Source of the DNA: the human T2T-CHM13v2.0 reference genome, Homo sapiens
Assembly: GCF_009914755.1 (NCBI RefSeq)
Contig: NC_060946.1
DNA length: 64,000 nt
Direction: 5' to 3' (one strand)
Both the position numbers and the translations under genes were made by a program. Of this stretch, positions 1-16,505 are shown piece after piece. Under the pieces are notes generated by a model. That model did no database searches. It was not told the DNA's origin and saw nothing but the letters and a program-made list of their open reading frames with translations. Positions within the stretch are counted from its first letter, which is position 1; each line of letters begins with the position of its first letter.

Positions 1-2485
<2,485 letters not shown>

Positions 2486-2863
2486 TTTGTTTGCCTTGTA
2501 AATAAACTACCAAAAAAAAAAGGAAAAACAAGAGGCAGATTATTTGTGGAAATAAGTCTTCCCCCTATCAATGAGTAAAGATTTTTGCCCTTTAAAAATT
2601 TTTTAAGTCATGATTTTAGGTAAATGAATGACTTACGTTGACATGGAATTCTATTTCATAACATCAAGTGTTTAAACCTTTAATATATTTAATAGGCTTC
2701 CCAAAATCAAATTTCAACTTCAAAATTTTTTTTCTGACCTCTAACTTTGGGATACTACAGAGGCCCCTGAAGTACCCAAAAGAGAAGTAAACAGGACTAT
2801 TTAACATGTTAAGTCACATGGCTAGAACTGTCAAAATAAAAAATAATGTTGAACCTTCTTTAG

Positions 2864-3219
<356 letters not shown>

Positions 3220-3528
3220 TAATTATGGTTATTAAGTTATTGTAGACCACAGAAATAACCAAATTTCCTTGTCAATTGTCTTTAACTATAACTATTTAAA
3301 GTCATTTCCACAGTTAATTGCTTAATGGTGATGCAGTTTCTAAAAACTTCACAAGCATGTAAAATTTTAGAATATGGTGTCTCTTAGAAGATCCATGAAA
3401 GAAAGAAAAGGACCCTGAGAAACACTTGTGAACACAGGTTTCTAATAACTTTAATATCATGGGTAAAAATTCCCCATAAGTTCCCCGATCCCCCAAGAAT
3501 TGGACTGGCTAAGAATTCTCAAAAGTTA

Positions 3529-3870
<342 letters not shown>

Positions 3871-5142
3871 CTAAGTAAAACAAAAATTGTATACCAAGGA
3901 AATATTTTGCCACATTTGCATGCTAAATCACCAATATTGAAATTGTTTAGATATATAATTTAAATAAACTCCATGGTCTAAGTCAAATCACCTATAACTA
4001 CTCATCAGTTACCAGTACCATACACCTAATTTGGAGAAACAGCTGGTATTCAAGAGGATGTAAGTCTAATGTTAATTAAGCACAGACTTATGAAGAACCA
4101 GGATGGCCACCTTATCCTTCTTAAGTCCTTAAAACTTTTGTTATTAAAAGTTCTGCATTCCATAACTCATCATGGAAAGAGAAAATGATCCAAATTAAAT
4201 ATATTGGTGTGGTGATTTCTAAACTGCTAAAATAGTTTATAACCAATGTTTGGTTTGTCATACCTATATTCCTAGGAAAACAATCAAAACTTCAGGTACA
4301 TTTGGTTATGTGATGGGCCATTTAAACATTTTATAAAGGGATTTCATTCAGTTGTCATTTTCAGTGCATGTTTTCTGATTGTATAAAAGCTCTTCCATGC
4401 GAGACAGTTGATGTTGAAACAGTAGATTATTACCCTGAAGTGTATTTTCACCAGGTAAAGAAAGCCTTTTATGGCTCACTGAGGACAGTCAACCCCTTCA
4501 AAATCTAGAATCTGATGACTGGATCTTCTGAGAACATCAGAGAAGGACTGCCCTTGCCATCCACATGACAGCAAAACTTTAAAACCTTAAACTTTGGGTT
4601 CATAGTCTCACAACTCAGAAGGGTCCTTCCACACTTGGAACCATATACCCATTGGAACCCTTAAGGTAAAGCTAACAAGGACAGTTCCCCCCAGAAGAAG
4701 ATGGTATCCCTAATGTGAACAGCTTTTCCCAAGATCACAGATCAAGACTTCTCTACTATCATGAGACACTTATCTTAAGTATCTGTGCAGCTGCTAACAC
4801 TTACAGCATGTGGAGAAAACATGGGGTATTATAAAGATTCGGTTGTAGGGAATTAACAAAAAACCCACTTAGTTAAGCAAGTAAACTCTTTAATTCATTC
4901 TTTAATCTATTTGATTTTAGGTGGTTTGATTTATGGGGACCCTGAGTTAGGAGCATATACCAAATTCTTGGTGTTATCCCAATAGTCATAAGAGTCTCCC
5001 TGGTGCACTGTACTTACTCAAATGTTTTAAGAGTTTGCATGCAGGCATCTCTAAAATATCAAATGGTATCTCTTCAACTGGAATGACAAGTGATTAAAAA
5101 AAAAGTGCAACCATAAGGACACCATATCCTATGAGTGACATA

Positions 5143-6675
5143 CTAAACCGGAAACCCAAAACAATGAGAGTGACATGCTAAACCAGAAACCCAAAACAAT
5201 GGGAGTGATGTACTAAACTGGAACCCAAAACAATGCGAGTGACGTGCACTAAAACCAGAACCCAAAACAATGGGAGTGACCTGCAAAACCAGAAACCCAA
5301 AACAATGGGAGTGACTTGCTAAAACTGGAACCCAAAACAATGGGAGTGATGTGCTAAAACCAGAAACGAAAACAATGGGAGTGACCTGCTAAACCAGAAA
5401 CCCAAAACAATGGGAGTGACATGTAAAACCAGAAACCAAAACAATGGGAGTGATGTGCTTAAACCGGAACCCAAAACAATGGGAATGACCTGCTAAACCA
5501 GAAACCCAAAACAATGGGAGTGACCTGTTAAACCAGAAACCCAAAACAATGGGAGCATCCTGCTAAACCAGAAACCGAAAACAATGGGAGTGACCTGCTG
5601 AACCAGAAACCCAAAACAATGGGAGTGATGTGTAAAACCAGAAACCCAAAACAAAGGGAGTGACATGCTAAAACCAGAAACCCAAAACAATGGGAGCGTC
5701 CTGCTACACCAGAAACCCAAAACGATGGGAGTGACGTGATAAAACCAGACACCCAAAACAATGGGAGTGACGTGCTAAAACCAGAACCCAAAACAATGAG
5801 AGTGACGTGCTAAACCAGAACCCAAAACAATGGGAGTGACGTGCTAAACCAGAAACCCAAAACAATGGGAGTGATGTGCTAAAACCAGAAACGAAAACAA
5901 TGGGAGTGACCTGCTAAACCAGAAACCCAAAACAATGGGAGTGACATGTAAACCAGAAACCAAAACAATGGGAGTGATGTGCTTAAACCGGAACCCAAAA
6001 CAATGGGAATGACCTGCTAAACCAGAAACCCAAAACAATGGGAGTGACCTGCTAAACCAGAAACCCAAAACAATGGGAGCGTCCTGCTAAACCAGAAACC
6101 GAAAACAATGGGAGTGACCTGCTGAACCAGAAACCCAAAACAATGGGAGTGACGTGTAAAACCAGAAACCCAAAACAATGGGAGTGACATGCTAAAACCA
6201 GAAACCCAAAACAATGGGAGCGTCCTGCTAAACCAGAAACCCAAAACAATGGGAGTGACGTGCTAAAACCAGAAACCCAAAACAATGGGAGCATCCTGCT
6301 ACACCAGAAAACCAAAACGATGGGAGTGACGTGATAAACCAGAAACCCAAAACAATGGGAGTGACGTGCTAAAACCTGGAAACCCAAAACAATGGGAGTG
6401 AGGTGCTAAAACCAGATACACAAAACAATGGGAGTGACGTGCTAAAACCAGAACCCAAAACAATGAGAGTGAAGTGCTAAACCAGAACCCAAAACAATGG
6501 GAGTGACGTGCTAAAACAGGAACCCAAAACAATGAGAGTGAGGTGCTAAACCAGAAACCCAAAACAATGGGAATGACGTGCTAAAACCGGAACCCAAAAC
6601 AATGGGAGTGACGTGCTAAACCAGAAACCCAAAACAATGGGAATGATGTGCTAAAATCGGAACCCAAAACAATGG
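5143..6675. repeat. Minisatellite/VNTR, ~35-bp unit CTAAA(A)CCAGAAACCCAAAACAATGGGAGTGAC(G/C/A)TG, about 44 copies
   Basis: Units read and counted directly. Lengths are 33-37 bp because of A-run slippage. Confidence 0.97.
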
Positions 6676-7042
<367 letters not shown>

Positions 7043-7053
7043 AAAAGGAGGAA

Positions 7054-7260
7054 TTTTTTAAGCAAAATTATGGGAGGCCATTGTTTTGAACTAAGCTCAT
7101 GCAATAGGTCCCAACAGACCAAACCAAATAAAATCGAGTCACTCATGCTAAATGTAACATAATCAAACTAAGACTTTAAGGAAACACATAAATCCTAGAA
7201 CAAACCAGGTTTTGTTTTTCTCCTGTAAACAGGATGTTCCAGCATAAGAAGATATATTCT
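7054..7260 (+). mobile_element. Partial MER4-group ERV1 LTR (3' LTR of the upstream internal sequence)
   Basis: AAAATTATGGGAGGCCATTGTTTTG...GAGTCACTCATGCTAAATG immediately follows the polypurine tract. Subfamily not resolved. Confidence 0.6.
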
Positions 7261-7415
7261 ACTCAAGTCCTTGTTCCACCTTTTCAAATCTCACTGGTCT
7301 ATTTCCCAGTGGGTTTCTAAACCAAGTAAGTACATTTGCAATGGTAATAGTGACACCAGTGACTGAAGTTTTGGCCAATCTCTCAAAATTGAGAAAATAA
7401 CCAAAGGGAAGGCAT

Positions 7416-7814
7416 TGTTAAAGTGAACTAAGTATGGCCTGAGAAGGACTCCATAATTCTATATATGAGTCCTTGTGGATGAACTGCAACCTACCTTAAT
7501 AGGTATACAAGAATGAAAAACTAACTTGAGAGTATGCACCTGGAACAACAGCTAAATCTTGGCCAATCCCAATGGCCAAACTTCAACCACTCAGGCACTG
7601 CCAAATGTTCAAAATGTGTTCAAAGAAGGCAAACGCTGAGTTGTTTCTGTACCTCACTTCCGATTTCGGTATGCCATTTCCCTTTTGTCTATAAATCTTC
7701 TTCCACCACATGACTGCGCTGGAGTCTCTGTGAATCTGCTGTGATTCTGGGGACTGTCTGATTCGTGAATCGTTTATTGCTCAATTAAACTCCTTTAAAG
7801 TTTTTCTTTTAACA
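7416..7814 (+). mobile_element. Solo LTR, MER57-like (ERV1)
   Basis: TGTTAAAG...TTTTAACA termini, TATAAA at ~7690, ATTAAA near the 3' end; matches recalled MER57 consensus. Confidence 0.75.
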
Positions 7815-7874
7815 GAACTAACACAGAAGAATTTCCAGGTCATGAACAGACGTTTTGTAATACCCAACGTTGTA

Positions 7875-8461
7875 TTAACATGAATAGACTCTTCCTTAGA
7901 TAGCTAACCTTGTTTTTAATATGAATAGACTCTCCCTTAGCTGAGAAAACCAGACAAACTCTATTTGGCTCCTTCATTTACAAGACATCAAGGGCTCCTT
8001 ACCCACCCCCTTTCCTCAAGGACTTTAACTTGTGCAAACTGATTTTCAACATATCAAAGAGTGCAATTAACTGATAAAGTGCTGAGACAAGCGATGTCGG
8101 CAGTTCCCAGCAAATTACTCAGAGATAGTATCATAAAGCCCCCACATTTGTCCAGCAGATAATGCCCAGAGCCCCCTCACCTATCACTTTGTGGTGAATT
8201 TAAAGCCCCTGCACCTGGAACAGTTTGTTTTCCTGTAACCATCAGTCTTTTTAACTTTTTTGTCGTTTTTTTCTTCTGTAAAGTTGCTGCAGCTAGAATC
8301 CCCCCTCCCCTCTCTAAACCAAAGTATAAAAGAAAATCTATTCCCTTCTTCGGGGCCGAGAGAATTTTGTGCATTGGCCGTCTCTCAGTCACCGGCTAAT
8401 AAAGGACTCCTGAATTCGTCTCAAAGTGTGGCGTTTCTCTCTAACTCACTCAGGTATGACA
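7875..8461 (+). mobile_element. Solo ERV1 LTR, LTR6-like (HERV-S71/T group)
   Basis: TATAAAA at ~8326, AATAAA at ~8398, and a 3' end ...GGACTCCTGAATTCGTCTCAAAGTGTGGCG...ACA. Subfamily from memory. Confidence 0.6.
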
Positions 8462-8810
8462 GTTTCAACTATGGTAGAAGACTCGAGTAAGGCAAATACA
8501 GTCCCCCTAAATTTGACTATTATTTAGGTTAATGGTGAGTTTAGAAGAAATAAGTTAAGACTACACAGAGTGGGCTAAAGTGCAAATAAACACTGGAAAT
8601 ATTTCCCAGAAAATATGACTTTGAACAGGCTGCTGCACACCCTGCATGTAGAGATAAACTAAGAAAAAGGTGTGGAGAGTTATTTAAGGACCTATGGTTA
8701 ACTCAGTCCTCAAGATGTTCCAGGTTTCATCCATGAATCAAGGAGGACCTCCCAAAAGCTGTTTGGGACCACACTCTTTGAGCAAGGAGCATACCTTACG
8801 ATGGAAGCTG

Positions 8811-8893
8811 TGCTTTAGTGGCAGATGACCATTTCCACTGCACAAAACGCCATGCTTTAGCGGAAGATGACCGTTTCCACTGCACAACACTAC
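8811..8893. repeat. Local tandem duplication, 2 x ~42 bp
   Basis: TGCTTTAG(T/C)GG(C/A)AGATGACC(A/G)TTTCCACTGCACAA occurs at 8811 and 8853. Confidence 0.85.
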
Positions 8894-9283
8894 AAGTGGT
8901 TACTGCCAGGCCGGTGTGAAATATGTTCCAGCACATAATCTATGTCACCAATGAAGGTGGTGGTTCTGACTTGGTGCACAGAAGCTTTCCTGTCCCACAA
9001 GAACACAGCATGCTCTCTTCTCGGATTCCATTCCAATCACGTAACAAATATGACTGCCTTTTTTGTCTCGGCATCAGAAAGATCAGAGGAAACTTTGCAC
9101 CCAACTTAGACAACTCTAAGCTCTTATAACCTGCCTATATCTACAGGTCAGCTTTATCTTATTTATGTATATTTCCTTCAACCTGAGTTTTACTTATTTC
9201 TACTTTTCCTTTTTAATTCACAGACACCAATAAACTCAGAAAATACAGTGTAAAACAAAGTGAAGAACAAATAAACAACTCAC

Positions 9284-9342
9284 CAGAGATTTATTCGTTT
9301 CCTGTTGCTCTTGGAAACACCCAGAGGACACTGGAAACACAG
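9284..9342 (-). pseudogene. Exon 2 of a ZNF717-like KRAB-ZNF gene copy (start-codon exon, ATG absent)
   Basis: Acceptor TTTGCCTTCTATCCCAG| and donor |GTGAGT. Reads CT GTG TTT CCA GTG TCC TCT GGG TGT TTC CAA GAG CAA CAG GAA ACG AAT AAA TCT CTG = VFPVSSGCFQEQQETNKSL, close to the ZNF717 N-terminus as I recall it (MFPVFSGCFQELQEKNKSL). Confidence 0.8.
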
Positions 9343-9939
9343 CTGGGATAGAAGGCAAATGACGTGGGTTAAGGAGAGAACTGGTGTGGTGTGGTCCCAG
9401 ATTCTTCTGCCCAACACTCTAGACACATTACTTGGGAAAGCCCTCCTCCCTCCTGAAAAAGAAAAACTTCCCCATGGGAGAAGAGTCCTTCATGCCCCAT
9501 TAGGGGCAACAAAGACTCAAGTTAAGATGATACATCTACAAGTACATTAATTGGTAGACATTAGATGCACAATTTATTTTTGAATAAAAACATGTATTAC
9601 CTACTAATTTAGTAACAATATTATCTAAAGATATAATCTAATAATTTAATACAAAGAAACATAAGTTCACTAAAATAAATGTTATAGAAATATACTAGGC
9701 TGTATTAACTATTTTCCTATTAATATGTAGATTCCACAAATAACTTCATATGAGTGTTCCCATGACAGTACATCTTGCTTTTCTATACCTGAACATCATG
9801 GAAAGTGCATCTTGCAATCCAGCAATTTTGGCCTACAATTACGTTTTTTAAAATGTACATAATATGTATTTCCTACAGTACACCATTCTACTCATGTTTC
9901 CCAATAACACCTTTCCTTCTATCCAAGCCCTCATATTAT

Positions 9940-10331
9940 GCTCTGACAATAAATTGGGCTTTTCCATCTGACTTGTCCAGTGAATGGACAATGGAAAATG
10001 TGATGCAAATATACATTGGTTCTTCCCATTTTGGACACAGTCAAATTGTGAAGAGGTCTGGAGCTACCCTGTTGGAGACACAGGGCCTAGCCAAGAGTCA
10101 CCACAAACCACCAGATTGTGAAGGAAACTATCTTAAACCAACCAGACTCAGTCAAGGCACCAGGTGACTAAGGCCTTTTTGTGATCCAGGCAACACAAAT
10201 ATATCAACTACCCAGCTGAATCCACCACACCAAAATGCAGATCCACAGAACTTCAAACAAATAAAATGGTGGTTTTTTATAAGCCAGTAAGGTTTAATTA
10301 GTTCCTTAAACAGCAAGTATTAACTGTTACA
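9940..10331 (+). mobile_element. MLT1-type (ERVL-MaLR) LTR, decayed
   Basis: 3' end AAATAAAATGGTGGTTTTTTATAAGCCAGTAAGGTTT...AACTGTTACA is typical of MLT1. Confidence 0.6.
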
Positions 10332-11179
10332 CCTAAGTGAACAGAATTCACTTCTGTGTTTTTAACAAAATTACGTAGCGAGAGAAAATCTTAAATTACA
10401 AATCAAATACAATCAATAGAACTTCGCAATCTAATGCTAAATTTGGTGATGGACTAGGTTTAATATATCTCAGACGCTGGAAGAAACGAGCTAAGGTTGA
10501 AGGAATGGGACTGTGTTTGGAGAGTATTTTAATCTTCTCAAGTATGACAGGTCACTCCTGCACCCCAGACCACACTTTCAGGCCCCTTCAAATAAGGAAT
10601 ATTTCCTAAGTCCTTGCCTGTTCTTCTCAGCTGAATTCACCTCAACCTTCTGAAGGTTCGTCCAAACCTTCTGCTATCACCTAGTCTTTGCAAATCTTGT
10701 GCATTCTAGGGAGTAGAATTAATATTTCCTGAGCGAGGAAAACTGGGTTCTTCACCTGTGACCTTTTTTCCTCCTCTGAAGCACCAGTGAGAGGTTAGAC
10801 CAGATGGCTGTTCTTTCAAGTGCACTTCTTATTCATAGGGAACCCTCCCTTTCAAACTTTGTAACACACAGTTAAGACTGAAGTACCGTTAAGGCTGACT
10901 ACCATCACCCATTACACCATCTCCCTCGCGGAATCAGTGAGTTCTTCCCTGGAAACTAGGTCTCGTATAAACTTCTGTAAATGCGACCCAGGAGGACTAG
11001 GCAGGTCACACAGTGAAGGAGGGAACCAGAAACTTCACTTGCTAAAGAGACACCAGGAAACCCAACTAATACAAACGCCAAGTTTAAGACTAGAGGAGCA
11101 CGCATTTCGCACTACTCCTCTGGGAATGGGGAACATCTCCCGAGAACTGTGTGTTAGCACCGGGACACATGGGCAAACT

Positions 11180-11700
11180 GAGCGACATGAGGGTTGGTAA
11201 CCGGGTCCCTAAGCGGCAGGACAGGAGCTTGGCCTGCAGACTCCGGGCCCAGGGCCACCGGCCTCGCCTACCCGTTCCTGCGCCTCTAGAACCCGCTTCA
11301 CTGACAGGACCACACGCCTGTCATCCCAGCCCCCGCCAGGGTCCACGGCCCGCACCTGCACTTCAGGCCCTGCCCGCCCGCGATGCGCCCACGCATCTGC
11401 TCCCACAACTAGGGAACACTGGTCCGGCCCCCCGGGATCCCCCGAGACCCACAGGTTCCTCTTCGCCCTCGCACCGACCCGCAGGGACATAGAACAAAGC
11501 CCCAAGCCGGCCCAGCTACAGGACCCTCTCTGGGTGCCGCACTTCCGGAGGAAAATGGCGGAGTGGGCCGGGCAGCGCAAGCGCAGAGAGAAAAGCTGGT
11601 TCCCAAGGTCCTTGATGGTAACATCATTGGAAGGTGACACTACATTTCCCATGAGGCTCTGCGGTCCCCCATTAGGAACCCACGCAGGACATTCTGTTTT
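11180..11700 (-). promoter_or_regulatory. CpG-island promoter of the KRAB-ZNF-like gene
   Basis: GC- and CpG-rich. ETS CACTTCCGG 11540-11548; YY1 AAAATGGCGG 11552-11561; NRF1-like GCGCAAGCGCA 11575-11585; ZNF143/THAP11-type ACTACATTTCCCATGA 11639-11654. Confidence 0.85.
11356..11560 (-). pseudogene. Non-coding exon 1 of the ZNF717-like copy (5' end approximate)
   Basis: Lies in the CpG island next to the ETS/YY1 motifs and ends at donor GTGCAG|GTGCGG (11356/11355). Same strand as exon 2, which is 2 kb downstream. Confidence 0.65.
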
Positions 11701-11741
11701 GCCCAGCAGTTGAGTTCAGTTACCCAGAGACCCGGACTTAA

Positions 11742-12175
<434 letters not shown>

Positions 12176-12789
12176 CTCAAGTATATTTTTATAGATGCAT
12201 TCGAAAGCATGAAAAAAATCATGTCTCTATTTTACTTTAAAATTTTAAAAACACAACTAATGAATATGGTAATTCTCTTCCAATCCGTTATCTTTTCTCT
12301 CACTAAACTAATTTGTGAGCCTTCAATTTACACAGTTAGAAAATATGCTCTAGTGCATATACTAGGATAAAATAACAGGGTCATAAGACAGGTGCACTCC
12401 ATAATCTTTGTGACAACTTACACTTCCAGTGTCTGATAAATATTTGCCCACAAACTCCCACGTTTCATCCATCCATCAATCAATCAAATCTACCTATCTT
12501 TATTTATTTATTGTGAGACAGACCTGAAATTTGCCTTTCCTTCCCTGATTTCTGCTACAAACTAGGCAAAGAGTTCTGCCTAGGGGTTTCTCAGAGCTCC
12601 AGCTACCACTGAGGTTCCTAACAGGGAAACGCAGGCTTGAATACTCAGGGTTGATGTGGGAGTGCATGTGAAACGGGGGTGGGGTGAAAGGGCAGTGACG
12701 TTTGTAGGTGGGCAGATGGGGGTGTGAAGGGCTTTCAGGTAGGAGGCATGCAGGAAACTGGGAGAGGGAGCAAAAGTACCTCACTCCTC

Positions 12790-13140
12790 AGATCACCAGA
12801 AGACGCTCCCACCAGTGCCATCACAGCTTGCCAATGACATGGCAGCACGGGAAGTCCCCACCCCTTGCCATGGAAACAGCTGGAAGTTGCTGCCCATTTC
12901 TAGCTATTTCTGAATAACCCGCCCCTTAATTAGCATGCCATTAAAAGTGAATTATAAAAATGACTACAAGCCACCCCTAGGCTGCTGCTCTGGGAGCACA
13001 ACCCACGGAGGGCTCTCTGCCCTGCCGAAGTGGACGCAGGGCTGTAACACCGCCAATGCCTCCGTAGAGCTGCTTTCTTCCACCACAGTCTTGCTTTTGG
13101 ATTTCTTCCTGAGCGACGCAAAGAACCTGCCCTTCCTCAG
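12790..13140 (+). mobile_element. MER66/MER41-group ERV1 LTR fragment
   Basis: CCCACCAGTGCCAT...CCATGGAAACAGCTGGAAGTT...CCGCCCCTTAATTAGCAT...TATAAA matches recalled MER66-type LTRs. Confidence 0.6.
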
Positions 13141-13729
13141 TGTGACTCTTGCCTAAAACCTATCCCTGGTATTCTCTTTTCCTGAGCATGCCCTGACTTG
13201 TTCTTTCATCTCCTCTGATCTTGCAATTGGTCCTCAGTGACTCTATTCTGCAGATCCAGAAAACTCAACCTTAATCTTCCCAGAGCCCTGTTGTCTCCAA
13301 TATTGGAATCTCTAGCCTTGTTTTCTCAGACGCCTAGATTACAGGCCTCTCTCTTGAACACCTATTGGTATGGTATCTGGGGATTCTTTAAATACACGGT
13401 GATTGGCAGGGGTTACATAGTGGAAATCAGTGCCTGACAATTCGCCTTCCAGGATATGGACTGTCATTCCCTCTCTTGGTTCCCCTCAGTCTCTTATGCA
13501 TAAAAGTAGAGATTGTAATACTCATTTGAATTGCAGATACCTCAACCCGAACCCACCTAATATAATGTAAAAGCCAAGAATGCAACCCCTTTCCTCACCC
13601 CGTGAAGGTAAAGCCCTCAGAGCCAAGGAGAGAAGGCTCAGGGATGGTATCTGGGTGTTTCCAATGCTAACCATGTATTGTAGTTTTTAGTGTGCAAGTT
13701 TAAGCTTCCCCAGCTTTAATTCTATTGTA

Positions 13730-13970
13730 ACAAGATTTATTTTTGTAATTCCATTTTTGGATTCTTGATTTATTGGTAAAGAAATACAGTTATTTTTGTA
13801 TACCAGTCTTATATAGTGTTACATTCTTAAATTTGTTCATGAGTCCTAACACTTTTTAGTAAATTTCTTATGATTTTCTAAATGCAAGATCATGTCATCT
13901 GTACATAAAGACAACTGTACTTCTTCCTTTGCAATCTAGATGCCGTTTATTTATTTACGTTGCCAAGTTG
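13730..13970 (-). mobile_element. Old L1 ORF2 fragment
   Basis: TTTTCTAAATGCAAGATCATGTCATCTG is the reverse complement of a decayed RT (F)ADDMI-region sequence. Confidence 0.55.
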
Positions 13971-14094
13971 TCCCAGCTACCACTGTTATCAAGTAAAAGG
14001 GTCTCACTGCCCAAAGCACAAGAAGCCGGTATCATGACACTGAGTTTTCGAGAAAAGAAAAAGTTTAAAGTCAAACCAAAACCTATGGGGTACA

Positions 14095-14404
<310 letters not shown>

Positions 14405-14831
14405 CTATGGGATAAAGTAAAAACAGTACTACAGTACTAAGAGGTAAGTTTGTAGAAAAAAGCACCTACATCAAAAAAAAGTAGAAAAGCTTCAAATAAA
14501 CACCTTAATAATGCATCTTAAATAATTAGAAAAGCAAGAGCAAACCAAAACCAAAATTAGTAGAAGGAAACATAGCAAAGATCGGAGCAGAAATAAATGA
14601 AATTGAAATTTAAAAATATAAAATATCAATGAAATGAAAAGTTAATATTTTTAAAAGACCAACAAAGTCAACAAACATTTAACCAGACTAAGAAAAAAGA
14701 GAGAAGACTCAAATACATAAAAACAGAGATTAAAAAGGAGACACTATAACTGATACTGTGGAAATTCAAAGAATCATTAGAAACTATTATGACTGACTAT
14801 ATTCCAATAAATTGAAAAACCTGGAAGAAAT

Positions 14832-15219
<388 letters not shown>

Positions 15220-16505
15220 TTAATTTTACCAAACATTGAAGGCAGAATTACTATCAATCCTACTCAAACTATTCCAAAAAACAGAGAAGGCTGTAGTATT
15301 TCCAAACTCATCCTATGAAAAAGACCATTCATCATGTCTAAGTGGGATTTATCCCGAGGATGCCAACATGGTTCAACATATGCAAATCAATGAATGTGAC
15401 ACATCATATCAACAGAATGAAGGACAAAAACCATATGATAATTTCAATTGATGCTAAAAAGCATTTAATAAAATTCAACATCCCTGTGATAAAAAGAAAC
15501 CCTCAAAAAAAAACTAGATATAGAAGGAACATACCACAACACAATAAAAACCATATGCAACAGACCCACAGCCAGTATCATCCTGAACAGGGAAAAGCTG
15601 AAAGCCTTTCTTCTAAGTTCTGGAACAAGACAAGAATGTCCACTTCCAACACTGTTACTTAACATAGTACTGGAAGTCCTAGCTAGAGCAATTCAGACAA
15701 GAGAAAAACAATAAAAGGGATCCAAATTAGAAAGAAGTAAAATTATTACTGTTTTCTTGTTTGCAGATGATTTGATCTTATATTTGGAAAATCCTAAGGA
15801 CTCCACCAAAAAACTATTAGAACTGATCAACAAATTCAGAGTCACAGGATACAAAATCAAACTACAAAAGTCAGTAGCATTTCTAAATGACAAAAATGAA
15901 CAATCTAAAGAAGAAAATCAAGAATGTAATCCCATTTACAATAACTACAAATAAAATAAAATATATGGGAATAAACATAACAGAAGAAGTGAAAGATCTC
16001 TACAATGAAAACTATAAAACATCAATGCAAAAAAATTAAAGAGGACACCAAAAAAAAAAAAAAAAAGGAAAGATAGTCCATGTTCATTGATTGGAAGAGT
16101 AAATATTGTTAAAATACCCATACTTCACAAAGCGATCTACAGATTCAATGCAATCCCTATTGAAATACTAATAACATTCTTCACAGAAATAGAAAAAAAT
16201 TCCTAAAATTTATACGAAACCATAAAAGACCCAGAATACCAAAAGCCATCCTGAACAAAAAGAACAATACTGGAAGAATCACATCACCTGACTTTAAATT
16301 ATAGTACAGAGCAATTGTAAACAAAACACCATGGTACTGGCATAAAACAGACACATAGACCAATGGAACAGAATAGAGAACCCAGAAATAAATCCATACA
16401 TTTACAATTAACTCATTTTCAATGAAGGTGCCAAGAATATACATGGGGGAGAGGATAGTCTCTTCAACAAATTGTGCTGGGAAAACTAGATATTCATTGG
16501 CAGAA

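Noticed and set aside
5143-6562. Seven minus-strand repetitive ORFs (HSHCFGF, SLPLFWVSG) as a repeat protein
   Set aside because: They are translations of the VNTR, shifting frame with each 35-bp unit. There is no splice or promoter support.
5143-6675. Regular ~35-bp repeat as a CRISPR-like array
   Set aside because: Units are head-to-tail with no unique spacers, there are no cas-like genes, and the context is primate nuclear DNA. It is a minisatellite.
9284-11560. Assigning the gene symbol ZNF717 outright
   Set aside because: The exon-2 peptide differs at four of 19 positions from the ZNF717 start I recall and has no ATG. Paralogue versus non-human orthologue cannot be settled without alignment.
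11151-11652. 113-147 aa ORFs over the CpG island
   Set aside because: Stop-poor GC-rich sequence. The minus-strand ORF reads through the exon-1 splice donor and has no recognisable domain.
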